A stretch of 64,000 bases of DNA, from contig JBNRMN010000067.1 in the NCBI GenBank assembly GCA_050309605.1, positions 96,001 through 160,000 of the forward strand. Reading direction: 5' to 3'. The DNA is from Anaerohalosphaeraceae bacterium. Its GTDB lineage: Bacteria; Planctomycetota; Phycisphaerae; Sedimentisphaerales; Anaerohalosphaeraceae. The notes under the pieces were generated by a model. That model did not search any database. It was not told the DNA's origin and saw nothing but the letters and a program-made list of their open reading frames with translations. Each line of letters begins with the position of its first letter. Position 1 is the stretch's first letter. Positions 18,483 to 28,784 of the stretch are shown in pieces. Both the position numbers and the translations under genes were made by a program.

Positions 18483-20697
18483 TTCCATACTGCTGATTGA
18501 TGATGATGCGGAGCTGCTGGCGGGGTTTCGCCGGCGTCTCGGCGGGCATTATGCGCTGCGGTTTTTTACTGAACCGCAAGAGGCGCTGGAGGTCATCCGT
18601 CGGGAAGGGATGGTCGCCGTAGTCGTTTCTGATATGCGGATGCCGCAGATGGACGGCTTGGCTTTCTTACGTCAGGTGCGGCGGCTGTGTCCGGAGACGG
18701 TGTGTATGATTCTGACCGGCGCCGACGAGCAGGGACCGGCCGTGCAGGCGGTCAACGACGGACACGTTTTTCGTTTTTTGAAGAAACCCTGTTCAAAAGA
18801 GGCCTTAACAGAAGCCATTGATCAGGCCTGTCAGGAATTCAACAACCGCTGCCGGCGAAATGGATTTGTGTATCGGCTGAACAAAATCAATCAGAACCTG
18901 TCCATCGTTGAAGTCGAGGTCGGCGCGTTGGCGGTCACCGGCTTTACGGGCGTCGATTTTGCGGCCTCCTCGAGCCGATGGGACGAACTGACGCTGCCGG
19001 AAGATCGGGCGGCGGTGCAGGCGTTTTATGAACACGCCTGGGACGGAAAGCCGACCGATCCGATTGAGTATCGCCTTCGCCGTAAAGGCGGAACCATTCG
19101 CTGGGTTCGCAACACGCTGCTGAATCGATATGCCGGCGGCCATGTGTGTCCGCTGACGCTTGAAGGTCAGATTCAGGATATTACCGAACAAAAGCGAATG
19201 GAGCAGAGTCTGGAGCAGACACGCCGGCGCTATGAAAAAATCGTCGCCAATGTGCCCGGCCTGGTGTTTCAGTGCCAAATGCAAAGCAACGGCGATTTCG
19301 CGTTTACCTTTGTCAGTCATTCCTGCCTGCGTCTGCTGGGCGTAACGTCCGAGCAGATTTATACGGACAACGGGTTATTTTTTAAGGCGTTCGATCCCGA
19401 TGATCGTTCGCGCTTTTTCAGCAAACTGGCCGACTCCGCTGAACGATTGACCCCGTTGGTCTGGCAAGGCTGCCATACGCACGACAAAACCGAGCGGTGG
19501 TTTCAGATGACTGCTCAGCCGGAGCGATTGGCCGATGGGGCTGTCCTGTGGGATGGGCTGCTGATGGAGATCACCGAACAGAAACAAAGCGAACGACATG
19601 CCGAGTTTCTGGCGCAGATTTCCAAAGAGAATCCCAATCCCGTCCTCCGTGTTAATGAGCAAGGGCGCATCATTTACGCCAACGACGCTGCGGCGCCGCT
19701 GCTGTCGATCTGGGATCGGCAGAGCGGACAAATCCTGCCGCAGGACGTGGTTGAAACGGCATTGAAGGTCAGCGGAAGCGACAGCCACAGGACCGTTGAA
19801 CAGCGCTGCGACGATCATTATTATGCCATTGTATTTGCGCCGGTGCGGGGCACAACAGATGTCAATCTCTATGCGCGGGATATCACAAAAATCAAGATCG
19901 CCGAGCTGGAATTGCGCAATGCCAATCAAACCCTGATGGAACACGACCGGCTCAAGAGCGAATTTGTCTCCACCGTCACGCATGAACTGCGCACGCCGTT
20001 GTGCATTTTTCGCAATATTCTGTCTAATGCGCTGGCCGAGGTGCACGGCCCGATCAGCAAACGTCTTCGCGAAAATCTGGAAATGGCGCAGACCGGCGTC
20101 GAACGGCTCAGCCGCATTATTTCAGATTTTCTGGATATGACCAAAATTGAGGCCGGAAGCCTGCAGTTGAATCTGGATATTTGCTCCCTGAACGATGTCA
20201 TTGTCGAGACCTGCCGTTCGCTGAAACTGCTGGCCGCCGCCAAAAAAATCAAGATCCAGACCGTCCTGCCGAGCCGTGATTGCCTGACCTGGATCGATCG
20301 CGACCGCATTGTGCAGGTCCTGGTCAATCTCATCGGCAACGCCATCAAGTTTATTTCCATCCGCGGCCGTATCGTCGTTCGGCTGGACGAGGACCACGAC
20401 GGCTTCAGGATTGGTGTTGAGGACGACGGGCCGGGACTGACGCCGGAGGAAATGGCGCGTGTGTTTGATCGGTTCGTGCAGACCAAAAACCTCAAAGGTC
20501 CCGGCCGGCACGGCACCGGATTGGGACTGGCCATATCACGGGAACTGGCGCGGATGCACGGCGGACAAATTCGGGTCGAAAGCCAGGTCGGCAAAGGGTG
20601 TGTCTTTTGGTTTACGCTCCCGCGAAAGCCCCTTTCGCAGGCGATGGCCTCTGGCCCTGCGGCAACGGCATGGGGTGAACCTGTTAAGAAAATGTAA
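18463..20697 (+). CDS. Hybrid kinase: N-terminal REC, multiple PAS domains, HisKA-HATPase
   Basis: ILLIDDD...VSDMRMPQMDG; PAS repeats; STVTHELRTPL, NLIGNAIKF, GTGLGLAI; the ATG at 18463 overlaps the end of the upstream gene. Confidence 0.92.
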   Translation: MTANTCDSILLIDDDAELLAGFRRRLGGHYALRFFTEPQEALEVIRREGMVAVVVSDMRMPQMDGLAFLRQVRRLCPETVCMILTGADEQGPAVQAVNDGHVFRFLKKPCSKEALTEAIDQACQEFNNRCRRNGFVYRLNKINQNLSIVEVEVGALAVTGFTGVDFAASSSRWDELTLPEDRAAVQAFYEHAWDGKPTDPIEYRLRRKGGTIRWVRNTLLNRYAGGHVCPLTLEGQIQDITEQKRMEQSLEQTRRRYEKIVANVPGLVFQCQMQSNGDFAFTFVSHSCLRLLGVTSEQIYTDNGLFFKAFDPDDRSRFFSKLADSAERLTPLVWQGCHTHDKTERWFQMTAQPERLADGAVLWDGLLMEITEQKQSERHAEFLAQISKENPNPVLRVNEQGRIIYANDAAAPLLSIWDRQSGQILPQDVVETALKVSGSDSHRTVEQRCDDHYYAIVFAPVRGTTDVNLYARDITKIKIAELELRNANQTLMEHDRLKSEFVSTVTHELRTPLCIFRNILSNALAEVHGPISKRLRENLEMAQTGVERLSRIISDFLDMTKIEAGSLQLNLDICSLNDVIVETCRSLKLLAAAKKIKIQTVLPSRDCLTWIDRDRIVQVLVNLIGNAIKFISIRGRIVVRLDEDHDGFRIGVEDDGPGLTPEEMARVFDRFVQTKNLKGPGRHGTGLGLAISRELARMHGGQIRVESQVGKGCVFWFTLPRKPLSQAMASGPAATAWGEPVKKM

Positions 20698-20799
20698 AAT
20701 TGTCCCAAAAAATACCTATACAATCATCACCCTTCAAGGTATGATAACACCCCGAATGAAACGGTATTGTATTATTCAACCCTTTTTCGGGACATCTTT

Positions 20800-23358
20800 A
20801 TGAAGGCCACCGATTGGACAAACGCCGCATCAACCGCAACACTTCTTGTTTTTTTGTTCTTTTTAGGTTTGATCGAGGCCGGCGGGACGTCGGCTGATTA
20901 CCAACGCGCCCAGGCCCTGCGGGCGCGATTCAGCGGCAAGGTGTTTCGGGACAATGTTGACCCGCAATGGTTTGCCGACGGGACGCTGTTCTGGTATCGC
21001 CTCGCCGTCGGCCCGGATTCACATGAATGGGTTCTGGTGGACGCGGAAAACGGCCTTCGGCAAGCGGCCTTTGATGCCGAGCGTCTGGCCGCGGCCCTGA
21101 CGGAAGCCGGCGTGCCGAATGTACGCCCTGAGGCGCTGCCAATTGAACAGCTTGAGTTTGAAGTTCAGGAACGCACGCCTCAGGCCGTTCAGTTTCAGGC
21201 CGACGGCAGACGCTGGCGCTGTGATTTGCAGACGTATGAATTGCAAATGACCGGACAGGCCGAAGAAGAATCCCTGCCCGCGATACCGCCCGACCGGGCG
21301 CCTCGGGCCAGCCGTCAAACAGGCCGGCAGGTGATTTTGACGTTCGTCAATCGCACCGACAGCGACGTGCACTTGTTCTGGCTCGACGCCGGCGGTCAGC
21401 GTCAAAATTACGGCGTGCTCGGCCCCGGCCAGGAGCGTCGCCAGAATACCTACGCCGGCCACGTCTGGTTGGCGGCTGAGGCCGACGGCAATGCCATTGC
21501 GGTCTATCAGGCCGTCGAGCAGCCCGCCCGCGTATTGATCGGCCGGGAGAACACAACGCGACGCCGCGGCGCCGACAGACCCGCACGGCGTACCAGGCCG
21601 ACTGGCTCGGATCGGTCAACGTCGCCGGACCAGCGGTGGCAGGCGTTTATTCGGGATCACAACCTGTGGCTGCGCGACCGGCAGAATGAGGAGCACGAAA
21701 TCCAGTTGAGCACCGACGGCAACACCGAAGACAGCTATCAGCCGCGGGTGTATTGGTCGCCCGATTCCCGCAAGCTGGCCGCGATCCGACGTCAGCCCGC
21801 TCAGGAACGTAAGGTGTATTTCGTTGAATCCTCCCCGCGCGATCAGCTTCAGCCGCGGCTGCACAGCATCGATTATCTCAAGCCCGGCGACCGGGTGGCG
21901 ATTGACAAACCGCAGTTGTTTGACGTGGAAACCCAAACACATATTCCCGTCAGCGATGAACTGTTTGCCAATCCGTACAATATCTATGGCCTGCGCTGGC
22001 AGCCGGATTCAAGCCGCGTGACGTTTATTTACAATCAGCGCGGTCATCAGGTCTTGCGGGTTGTCGCCGTCGATGCCGAAACCGGCCAAACCGCAGTCGT
22101 CATTGATGAAACCAGCGATACCTTTATCTGTTATTCGCAGAAGTTTTTCTGCGACTATATCGATGATGCCGATGAGATCATCTGGATGTCCGAGCGGGAC
22201 GGCTGGAATCACTTGTACTTGTACGATGCCCAAACCGGCACGGTCAAAAATCAAATCACCCAGGGCCAATGGGTCGTCCGCAGCGTGGACTACGTGGACA
22301 AAGACAACCGTCAAATTTGGTTTCAACTGAGCGGCTATTATCCCGAACAAGACCCTTATTATGTGCATTATGCACGGGTTAACTTTGACGGGATGGAACT
22401 GACGCTGCTGACCGAAAGCGACGGCACGCATTCAGTACGCTTTTCGCCCGATCGCCGGTTTGCCGTGGCCCAATGGTCGCGGGTCAATCACCCGCCGGTT
22501 CACGAGCTGCGGCGGTGTGAAGACGGCACACGGCTGTGCGTCCTTGAACAGGCCGATGCGTCCGCCCTGTTCGAAGCCGGCTGGCAGACGCCCGAACCGT
22601 TCGTCGCCAAAGCCCGTGACGGCAAAACCGACATCTACGGCGTTATCGTCCGCCCGACCACCTTTGACCCCAATATCAGCTACCCGATTATTGAGCATAT
22701 TTACGCCGGCCCGCAGGGGTCGTTTGTACCCAAAGGCTTTCAGCCCTATCTGCGGATGATGCAGATGGCCGAACTGGGCTTCATTCTGGTGCAGATCGAT
22801 GGTATGGGCACATCCAACCGCTCCAAGGCCTTTCATGATGTCTGCTGGCAAAATCTGGCCGATGCCGGCCTGCCGGATCGGGTGCTGTGGATCAAGGCCG
22901 CGTCTGACAAATACCCCTATATGGATACGCAGCGCGTCGGCATTTACGGCGGCTCGGCCGGCGGCCAGAACGCCGCCGCGGCGGTGATGACCCACGGCGA
23001 TTTTTACAAGGTTGCTGTCGCCGACTGCGGCTGTCATGACAATCGAATGGATAAAATCTGGTGGAATGAACAGTGGATGGGCTGGCCCGTCGGGCCCCAT
23101 TACGAGGCCAATTCCAACGTGACGTTAGCGCCCGGCCTGAAGGGCAAGCTCCTGCTGATTGTCGGCGAGATGGACACCAATGTCGATCCCGCTTCGACCA
23201 TGCAGGTGGTTGACGCCCTGATTCGTGCGGATAAGGATTTCGACATGCTCATCGTGCCCGGCGCCGGACACGGCGCCGCCGAGGGCCGCTATGCCAGCCG
23301 TCGGCGAGCCGATTTCTTCGTGCGGCATTTGCTGGGTTCAGAACCCAGACGACAGTAA
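20800..23358 (+). CDS. S9B (dipeptidyl-peptidase IV-like) serine peptidase with an inserted VHL-beta-like domain
   Basis: Signal peptide; DPP-IV N-terminal propeller (WSPDS, SERDGWNHLYLYD); GIYGGSAGG nucleophile, DTNVD, GAGHG. Confidence 0.92.
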   Translation: MKATDWTNAASTATLLVFLFFLGLIEAGGTSADYQRAQALRARFSGKVFRDNVDPQWFADGTLFWYRLAVGPDSHEWVLVDAENGLRQAAFDAERLAAALTEAGVPNVRPEALPIEQLEFEVQERTPQAVQFQADGRRWRCDLQTYELQMTGQAEEESLPAIPPDRAPRASRQTGRQVILTFVNRTDSDVHLFWLDAGGQRQNYGVLGPGQERRQNTYAGHVWLAAEADGNAIAVYQAVEQPARVLIGRENTTRRRGADRPARRTRPTGSDRSTSPDQRWQAFIRDHNLWLRDRQNEEHEIQLSTDGNTEDSYQPRVYWSPDSRKLAAIRRQPAQERKVYFVESSPRDQLQPRLHSIDYLKPGDRVAIDKPQLFDVETQTHIPVSDELFANPYNIYGLRWQPDSSRVTFIYNQRGHQVLRVVAVDAETGQTAVVIDETSDTFICYSQKFFCDYIDDADEIIWMSERDGWNHLYLYDAQTGTVKNQITQGQWVVRSVDYVDKDNRQIWFQLSGYYPEQDPYYVHYARVNFDGMELTLLTESDGTHSVRFSPDRRFAVAQWSRVNHPPVHELRRCEDGTRLCVLEQADASALFEAGWQTPEPFVAKARDGKTDIYGVIVRPTTFDPNISYPIIEHIYAGPQGSFVPKGFQPYLRMMQMAELGFILVQIDGMGTSNRSKAFHDVCWQNLADAGLPDRVLWIKAASDKYPYMDTQRVGIYGGSAGGQNAAAAVMTHGDFYKVAVADCGCHDNRMDKIWWNEQWMGWPVGPHYEANSNVTLAPGLKGKLLLIVGEMDTNVDPASTMQVVDALIRADKDFDMLIVPGAGHGAAEGRYASRRRADFFVRHLLGSEPRRQ

Positions 23359-23391
23359 TGCCGACCTGTTGACTTGTGGACAAGGAGTTGT

Positions 23392-24084
23392 ATGGATATG
23401 AATACCAAAGTGCTGGTCGTCGATGACCAGAAGGACTTGCTTGAACTGCTCAGTATGGCGCTGACGCAGGAAGGTTACATCGTACGCACCGCCGCCGGCG
23501 GAGCCGAAGCGATGGAGGCGGTCGCCGCCGATAAGCCCGATCTGATCCTGCTCGACATTATGCTGGGCGACACATCGGGCATCAAGCTGACGACCCGTTG
23601 GAAAAACGACGCTCAGACCGCCCATATCCCCATCATTCTGCTGACGGCCAAAGACAGCGAGACCGATATTATCGTCGGCCTGAGCGTCGGCGCCGATGAC
23701 TACATCACCAAGCCGTTCAGCACGCGGGTGCTGCTGGCGCGGATGGAGGCCGTGCTGCGTCGGGCCTATCCGGAACCGTCGGCCGTGCGGGAAATTCTTT
23801 CCGCCGGACCGGTGCGATTGTTTCCGGCAGGCCGCCAGGCCTTTGTCCAGGGGTCGCCGGTCGATTTGACCGGCGCCGAATTCAATATTCTGCTGGCCCT
23901 GATCAAGGCCGGCGGCCAGGTGCTCTCGCGCGAAGCACTGCACAGCGTCATGGCCCCCAACGCGGATGAGGCCGGCAATGTCCGCGTTGTGGATGTGCAC
24001 GTCGCCGCACTGCGGAAAAAACTCGGCAAGGCCCGACATATCCTCAAGACTGTCCACGGCAAAGGCTATCGGGCCGTCCTTTAG
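23392..24084 (+). CDS. OmpR/PhoB-family response regulator (PhoB-like, orphan)
   Basis: VLVVDD, ILLDIML, IPIILLTAK, GADDYITKPFS, RVVDVHVAALRKKLG, TVHGKGY. Confidence 0.9.
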   Translation: MDMNTKVLVVDDQKDLLELLSMALTQEGYIVRTAAGGAEAMEAVAADKPDLILLDIMLGDTSGIKLTTRWKNDAQTAHIPIILLTAKDSETDIIVGLSVGADDYITKPFSTRVLLARMEAVLRRAYPEPSAVREILSAGPVRLFPAGRQAFVQGSPVDLTGAEFNILLALIKAGGQVLSREALHSVMAPNADEAGNVRVVDVHVAALRKKLGKARHILKTVHGKGYRAVL

Positions 24085-24166
24085 AACAGTCGTAAACCGA
24101 ATCGCCGACAGCCGCAAGCCGGCCGCCGATGGAAAGCCGAAAGCGATTCACTGCAAGAGCGTTCCA

Positions 24167-24592
24167 ATGACGGATGTACAAATCAATGACCAACTGACTA
24201 TTCCGGAAAGCTGTCTTGACTTTCAAACCAGCCGCAGCTCCGGCCCCGGCGGCCAGAATGTCAACAAGCTCAACACCCGCGTTACGTTAATCTTTGATCT
24301 GCCCCATTGCCCGACCCTGACTGACGCGCAGCGGACGTGCCTGCGCAAAAAGTGCGCCTCCCGGCTCGACAGAGACGGACGTCTGCATCTGTCCTCACAG
24401 CGATATCGCTCCCAGCATGCCAATCGGCGGGACGCTCTTGAGCGATTCAAAGCTCTCATCGCCGAAGCCCTTAAACCCCGTCCCAAACGGCGAAAAACAA
24501 CCGTCCCGGCCAAAGCGATTCGTCAACGTCTCGAACAGAAAAAACGCCGTTCAGCACTCAAACGATTACGAGCTTCATTGGATTTTGACTAA
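24167..24592 (+). CDS. arfB: Alternative ribosome rescue peptidyl-tRNA hydrolase ArfB (YaeJ)
   Basis: SRSSGPGGQNVNK, RSQHANR, basic C-terminal tail RLEQKKRRSALKRLR. Confidence 0.95.
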   Translation: MTDVQINDQLTIPESCLDFQTSRSSGPGGQNVNKLNTRVTLIFDLPHCPTLTDAQRTCLRKKCASRLDRDGRLHLSSQRYRSQHANRRDALERFKALIAEALKPRPKRRKTTVPAKAIRQRLEQKKRRSALKRLRASLDFD

Positions 24593-24879
24593 TGAATGTC
24601 TTGATATGCAAGGGTCTTCTCGACGGGGCATGGCCGTCTTGTCTGTAGAGTGGCATTAATGTCTTTTGTCGGCGGTGGTTCAGGGACCCCTTGGTTTCGG
24701 ATCGACTCATGTTTCGCTATTTTTTTTGACGTTTTTGTGAAAATTCTATTGACAAACCCAATTTTGGTCGATTTATTTGTATCTGTGTTGGAAGGTCGTT
24801 CCCGTCCCTCGGAACGGTCTTTGAGATGATGTTGAGGGATTTTCGGCAAAGCGGGCCAAAACGGCCCAAGGAGTGACAC

Positions 24880-25083
24880 GTGAGTGCTGGTACAGTAAAG
24901 TGGTTCAACGAGAAGAAGGGGTTCGGATTTATTACTCCCGATGATGGCGGCGATGACTTGTTTGTGCATCACACCAATATCGTCGCGAAGGGCTTTCGGA
25001 CGTTGAAAGACGGCCAGAGAGTGGAGTATGAGGCGGCTCAGGGAAAGAAAGGAATGGAAGCGACTGACGTCAAACCCTGTTGA
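24880..25083 (+). CDS. Cold-shock protein (CspA family)
   Basis: [25 protein letters not shown] start after AAGGAG; TTGACA at 24749 implies a long 5' UTR. Confidence 0.97.
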   Translation: MSAGTVKWFNEKKGFGFITPDDGGDDLFVHHTNIVAKGFRTLKDGQRVEYEAAQGKKGMEATDVKPC

Positions 25084-25113
25084 ATTGTTGTGATGGCTCA
25101 AGTACACACAATC

Positions 25114-25142
25114 GGGCCTGCTGAATGAAGCAGGCCTGTTTT
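25114..25142 (+). terminator. Intrinsic terminator between convergent csp and rpoN
   Basis: GGGCCTGCT/AGCAGGCCT stem followed by GTTTT. Confidence 0.75.
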
Positions 25143-25170
25143 ATGCGCTGCCCGGTTTGACAACTCCGGT

Positions 25171-26652
25171 TCAGTATTTCCGTCGGAACTTGGCCGTGGG
25201 AATATTCAGCAGTTTGCGATATTTGGCGACGGTGCGGCGGGCGATGTGGCCCATGCCGGCCTCGGCCAGTTGTTTGCGGATTTCATCGTCACTGAGCGGA
25301 CTGGATTTATCCTCGTGGTTGACGATTTCTTCCAGTTTGGCCTTGATCGCGTCATAACTGCGCTGCTGGCCGGTCTCATCCTCCAGCCCGCCGCTGAAGA
25401 AACTGCGCAACGGCAAAATACCCTGCGGACACTGCACGTATTTGCCCGCCACCGCCCGTGAGACGGTCGCGATATGCACCCCGACCTCATCGGCAATCAC
25501 GGCCATCGGCAGCGGTTTGAGATACAGCTTGCCGTGTGAGAAAAAGTCGTGCTGATGCCGCACAATCGCTCGGGCAACCTTCAGCAGGGTGTTTTTGCGC
25601 TGCTCAATGGCGTCCATAAACCACTGTGCCGAACGAATATTTTTCAGCAGAAAATCCCGCGTCTGATCGTCAATTGACCGGTTGCGCGCCATTTTCTTGT
25701 AAAAGCTGTTGATTCGCAGCGACGGCATAAACGAATCGGTCAGCCGTACATCATAGCCGCCTTGCTCGTCCGGCTCAACGATTACGTCGGCGTTAATCGG
25801 ATAGTTGTCGTTGCGTCCGACCACCAGCCCCGGCGACGTATCCAGCTTGCTGAGCCGTTCAATCGCCTCGTTGATGCGTTCCACCGAGCAGTTCATTTTT
25901 TTGGCGATCTGTGGCAGATGGTTTTCCAACAGTTGCGACCAGTGTTTGCTCACCAGCTCAATCTCAAACGACATATCCTCCGGCGATTGCCGCATCTGAA
26001 TCAGCAGACACTCGCGCAGATCACGCGCCCCGACGCCGGACGGCTCCAGCTTTTGCACCAGTTCCAGCGCAGCCTGTAAATGCTCCATCCCGAATGACTG
26101 TTTGTCCGGGTTGTGCAGTTGTTCCAGGCGAACTGACAGGTAGCCCTTTTCGTCCAGATAGTCGATAATCAGCTCCCCCGCGGCCTGCACCTTCGGGTCG
26201 GCATCGACCATCCGCCACTGTTCTTTGAGCCAGTCGTTCAGCGATTGGCCCTGAGCGGCGGTGTTCAGCAACGCCTCCATTTTTTTGTCAGGGTCGCCGC
26301 CGCTTGTCGGCTGCGGATGTATCGGCCCGGAATTGTTCAGGTAGTCATCAAAATCCTCGCCGAAGTCTTCCAGCCGCTGAAAATCCTCAACATGGTCGTT
26401 GTCCTCGCCGACGACCATTTCCTGTTCGTCGGTGCTGGTTTCGGCCGTCGCGACTGAATCGCCGTTGTCGCAGCCGGCCTCGGCCTGATCGGCGGTCTCC
26501 AGCACCGGATTGCTGTTCAACTCGGCCTCGATCCGTTCCTGCAGCGCAAGCAGCGGAAGCTGAAGGATTTCCATCGACTGGATCATCCGCGGTGCCAGCT
26601 TCATCCGCTGCTCCATCCGCATCTGGCCGGTCAGTGATAATTTCATCGCCAT
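25171..26652 (-). CDS. rpoN: RNA polymerase sigma-54 factor
   Basis: MIQSMEILQLP, GVGARDLRECLLIQ, HIATVSRAV, RpoN box ARRTVAKYR. Confidence 0.97.
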   Translation of the reverse strand: MAMKLSLTGQMRMEQRMKLAPRMIQSMEILQLPLLALQERIEAELNSNPVLETADQAEAGCDNGDSVATAETSTDEQEMVVGEDNDHVEDFQRLEDFGEDFDDYLNNSGPIHPQPTSGGDPDKKMEALLNTAAQGQSLNDWLKEQWRMVDADPKVQAAGELIIDYLDEKGYLSVRLEQLHNPDKQSFGMEHLQAALELVQKLEPSGVGARDLRECLLIQMRQSPEDMSFEIELVSKHWSQLLENHLPQIAKKMNCSVERINEAIERLSKLDTSPGLVVGRNDNYPINADVIVEPDEQGGYDVRLTDSFMPSLRINSFYKKMARNRSIDDQTRDFLLKNIRSAQWFMDAIEQRKNTLLKVARAIVRHQHDFFSHGKLYLKPLPMAVIADEVGVHIATVSRAVAGKYVQCPQGILPLRSFFSGGLEDETGQQRSYDAIKAKLEEIVNHEDKSSPLSDDEIRKQLAEAGMGHIARRTVAKYRKLLNIPTAKFRRKY

Positions 26653-26844
26653 ATCGATAACACCTGTAGTCATTCAGGATGCAATTGGTCTTGTAAAACA
26701 CCCCCATTATAACACCCCTGCGTCCGAAAATACAGCCCCGATTTTTACCGATTACCGATTACGGATGATTGACAATGGATGATTGGTGATGTATCCTATT
26801 GGTAACAATAGCAGGGATCGAACCGAAATTCGGAGGACTATCGA

Positions 26845-27945
26845 ATGAACAGAACCTTTAAGATTGGCTCGCTTATTATCTGCAGCATTTCTGCACATCT
26901 GATGGCGGACGGAAAAATGTTTTGGAAAGAAACTGTTCCGCCCACGATTCCCTACCAGCGAGCCTTGATCCTCCACCGGGACGGCGTCCAAACCCTTTTT
27001 TTGCAGAGCAAATACGAAATACCCGAACAGGTCAAAGTCGCTGCACTCGGCTGGGTCGTTCCCGTTCCGGCGGTGCCTGAAGTGGCCAGTCTGCCAGCAG
27101 AAAATGCACGTCAAATATTCTGGCGTTTAAGTTTCCGTTCACGACCGAGCATAATGTCCATCGGCGGCATCTTATTTTCTTTGTCTATTCTTGGGTTAGC
27201 CGGACTTCTTCTGATGGCGCTTGTTCTATGTGTATTTTCCAAATATATTCCGATTCACTGGACTCAGAGAAATAGGAAAAGGGTGCTTTTGTATGCGGTT
27301 GCTTTTCTCATCATTGTTGGCATACTGTCGGCAATAATGCCTGCTCTTTCAAAATCAGAGATTTCAGGAGTTGATGTGATTTCCGAGCATCGTATCGGTA
27401 TCTATGACGTTCGTGTAATTCAATCTGATGATGCCGGAGAATTGATTGCATGGCTAAACGTCAATAATTTCCAGTTCGATGACGCTGATCAATCCGTTTT
27501 TGATGATTATATCAACAAGGGCTGGTGTTTTGTCGTTGCTTATATCAATCCGTCAGCAGACCAGGAGCAATATGAGATCGTTTCGGAAGGATTGGCTGCA
27601 CCGCTGATTCTTCGCTTTCCAATCGAAACGCCAGTTTATCCGCTCGCCTTGACTGGAACGGGCGGCCATGACACTCAAGTTCTGATCTATATTATGAGCG
27701 ATCAAAAGATGATTTGCAAGAGTCAATTGACACTCCGATTTTCCGGGCAAATCAACAATGACTTTTTCCCAGACTATCTATTTGAAGGAGTCGAACCGAA
27801 AGGATTTTTTACAGAGAACGATTTGTCGTGTATGTATCTCTGCAAGTTCCGCGATACACTGAAGGCTGAGCAGATGCAGCAAGATATCTTCTTTGCACCG
27901 GCTCAGGACAATACCCCCTATCGTGAGCGTATTATCAAATGGTAA
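26845..27945 (+). CDS. DUF2330-like exported/membrane protein
   Basis: ADGK...QRALI...GWVVPVPAVPEV, IGIYDVRVI...LIAWLNVNNF...YINKGWCFV...PLILRF...VYPLALT; two internal TM helices; visibly AT-richer than neighbours. Confidence 0.7.
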   Translation: MNRTFKIGSLIICSISAHLMADGKMFWKETVPPTIPYQRALILHRDGVQTLFLQSKYEIPEQVKVAALGWVVPVPAVPEVASLPAENARQIFWRLSFRSRPSIMSIGGILFSLSILGLAGLLLMALVLCVFSKYIPIHWTQRNRKRVLLYAVAFLIIVGILSAIMPALSKSEISGVDVISEHRIGIYDVRVIQSDDAGELIAWLNVNNFQFDDADQSVFDDYINKGWCFVVAYINPSADQEQYEIVSEGLAAPLILRFPIETPVYPLALTGTGGHDTQVLIYIMSDQKMICKSQLTLRFSGQINNDFFPDYLFEGVEPKGFFTENDLSCMYLCKFRDTLKAEQMQQDIFFAPAQDNTPYRERIIKW

Positions 27946-27967
27946 ACCCAACAGAGAAAGGACACAA

Positions 27968-28216
27968 ATGATGGAGATAGACGCAATCCGAACGTTTTTT
28001 CTGTGGTGTACCATCCTCAACGCAGGCCTGCTGCTTGTTTCGGCGGCGGTTTGTGTCTGCGCCAAGGACTGGGTGTACGCCAGGCACAGCACATTCTTTC
28101 CGCTGACCCGAGAGGCCTTCGACACGGCAATCTACTATTTTATCGGCGCCATGAAAATTATCGTTCTGATGTTCAACCTTGTGCCGTATCTGGCCCTGCT
28201 GATTGCCGGATACTAA
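27968..28216 (+). CDS. Small membrane protein (DUF6868-like)
   Basis: FFLWCTILNAGLL...H...F...KIIVLMFNLVPYLAL pattern; AAGGA RBS. Confidence 0.75.
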   Translation: MMEIDAIRTFFLWCTILNAGLLLVSAAVCVCAKDWVYARHSTFFPLTREAFDTAIYYFIGAMKIIVLMFNLVPYLALLIAGY

Positions 28217-28236
28217 AAAGCACGCCGGACCGCGGC

Positions 28237-28479
28237 CTATAGCAATTTGCGAATGTCAGCATCGAGTTTCGGCAGATGGGTAAGAACAATATCCCAGACG
28301 ATTCGATTATCAATCGTACTGTAGCCGTGTATCAAGGTGTTGCGAAAAGCGATGATTTTGGCGTGGTCGTCGATTAGCTCAACGGTATCGGGGTCGTGGT
28401 AACTCAAGCGGTTGAGAGCTTCACCGATAATTTCAAATTTTCGCTTGACGGATATCTTCCGGTAATGTCCGGGTTTCAA
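28237..28479 (-). pseudogene. HepT/DUF86 HEPN ribonuclease toxin with an internal deletion
   Basis: [13 protein letters not shown] and FRNTLIHGY (R-X4-H-X-Y) are intact, but the ORF is only 80 aa with a TTG start; the N-terminal EDIRQA remnant lies in another frame. Confidence 0.75.
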
Positions 28480-28784
28480 GCCGCATAAAGCAATTTTCGA
28501 TGTTGATGAATGGATTCGAGAAAATAAGGATTTTTGACCGCATCGGGCATCACCAGATCCACATTCCGCCCGAACAGGGATTGCAGGCCAAACAGCAGGC
28601 CGAAATAGTTGTTCGCCGCATGGCCGGTTTCAAGCGACTTGAACTCAACCAGAAAATCAAGGTCGCTGGTGTGTTCATCAAATTGCTCCGAAACAGCCGA
28701 GCCGAACAGCTCAAGTCGCCGAACGTCGTATTGCTGACATAACGCCTTCAGTGCATCACGCTGTTGTTCTATCAGTTCAATCAT
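28476..28784 (-). CDS. MNT (minimal nucleotidyltransferase) antitoxin
   Basis: LELFGSAV...[26 protein letters not shown]; stop codon overlaps the HEPN start. Confidence 0.92.
   Translation of the reverse strand: MIELIEQQRDALKALCQQYDVRRLELFGSAVSEQFDEHTSDLDFLVEFKSLETGHAANNYFGLLFGLQSLFGRNVDLVMPDAVKNPYFLESIHQHRKLLYAA

Noticed and set aside
24609..24695. Possible multibranch RNA between arfB and the csp promoter
   Set aside because: Some pairing (CAAGGGTC/GACCCCTTG) but no tRNA T/D-loop consensus, promoter or terminator
24589..25107. 172-aa minus-strand ORF over csp
   Set aside because: Typical antisense shadow of a cold-shock gene
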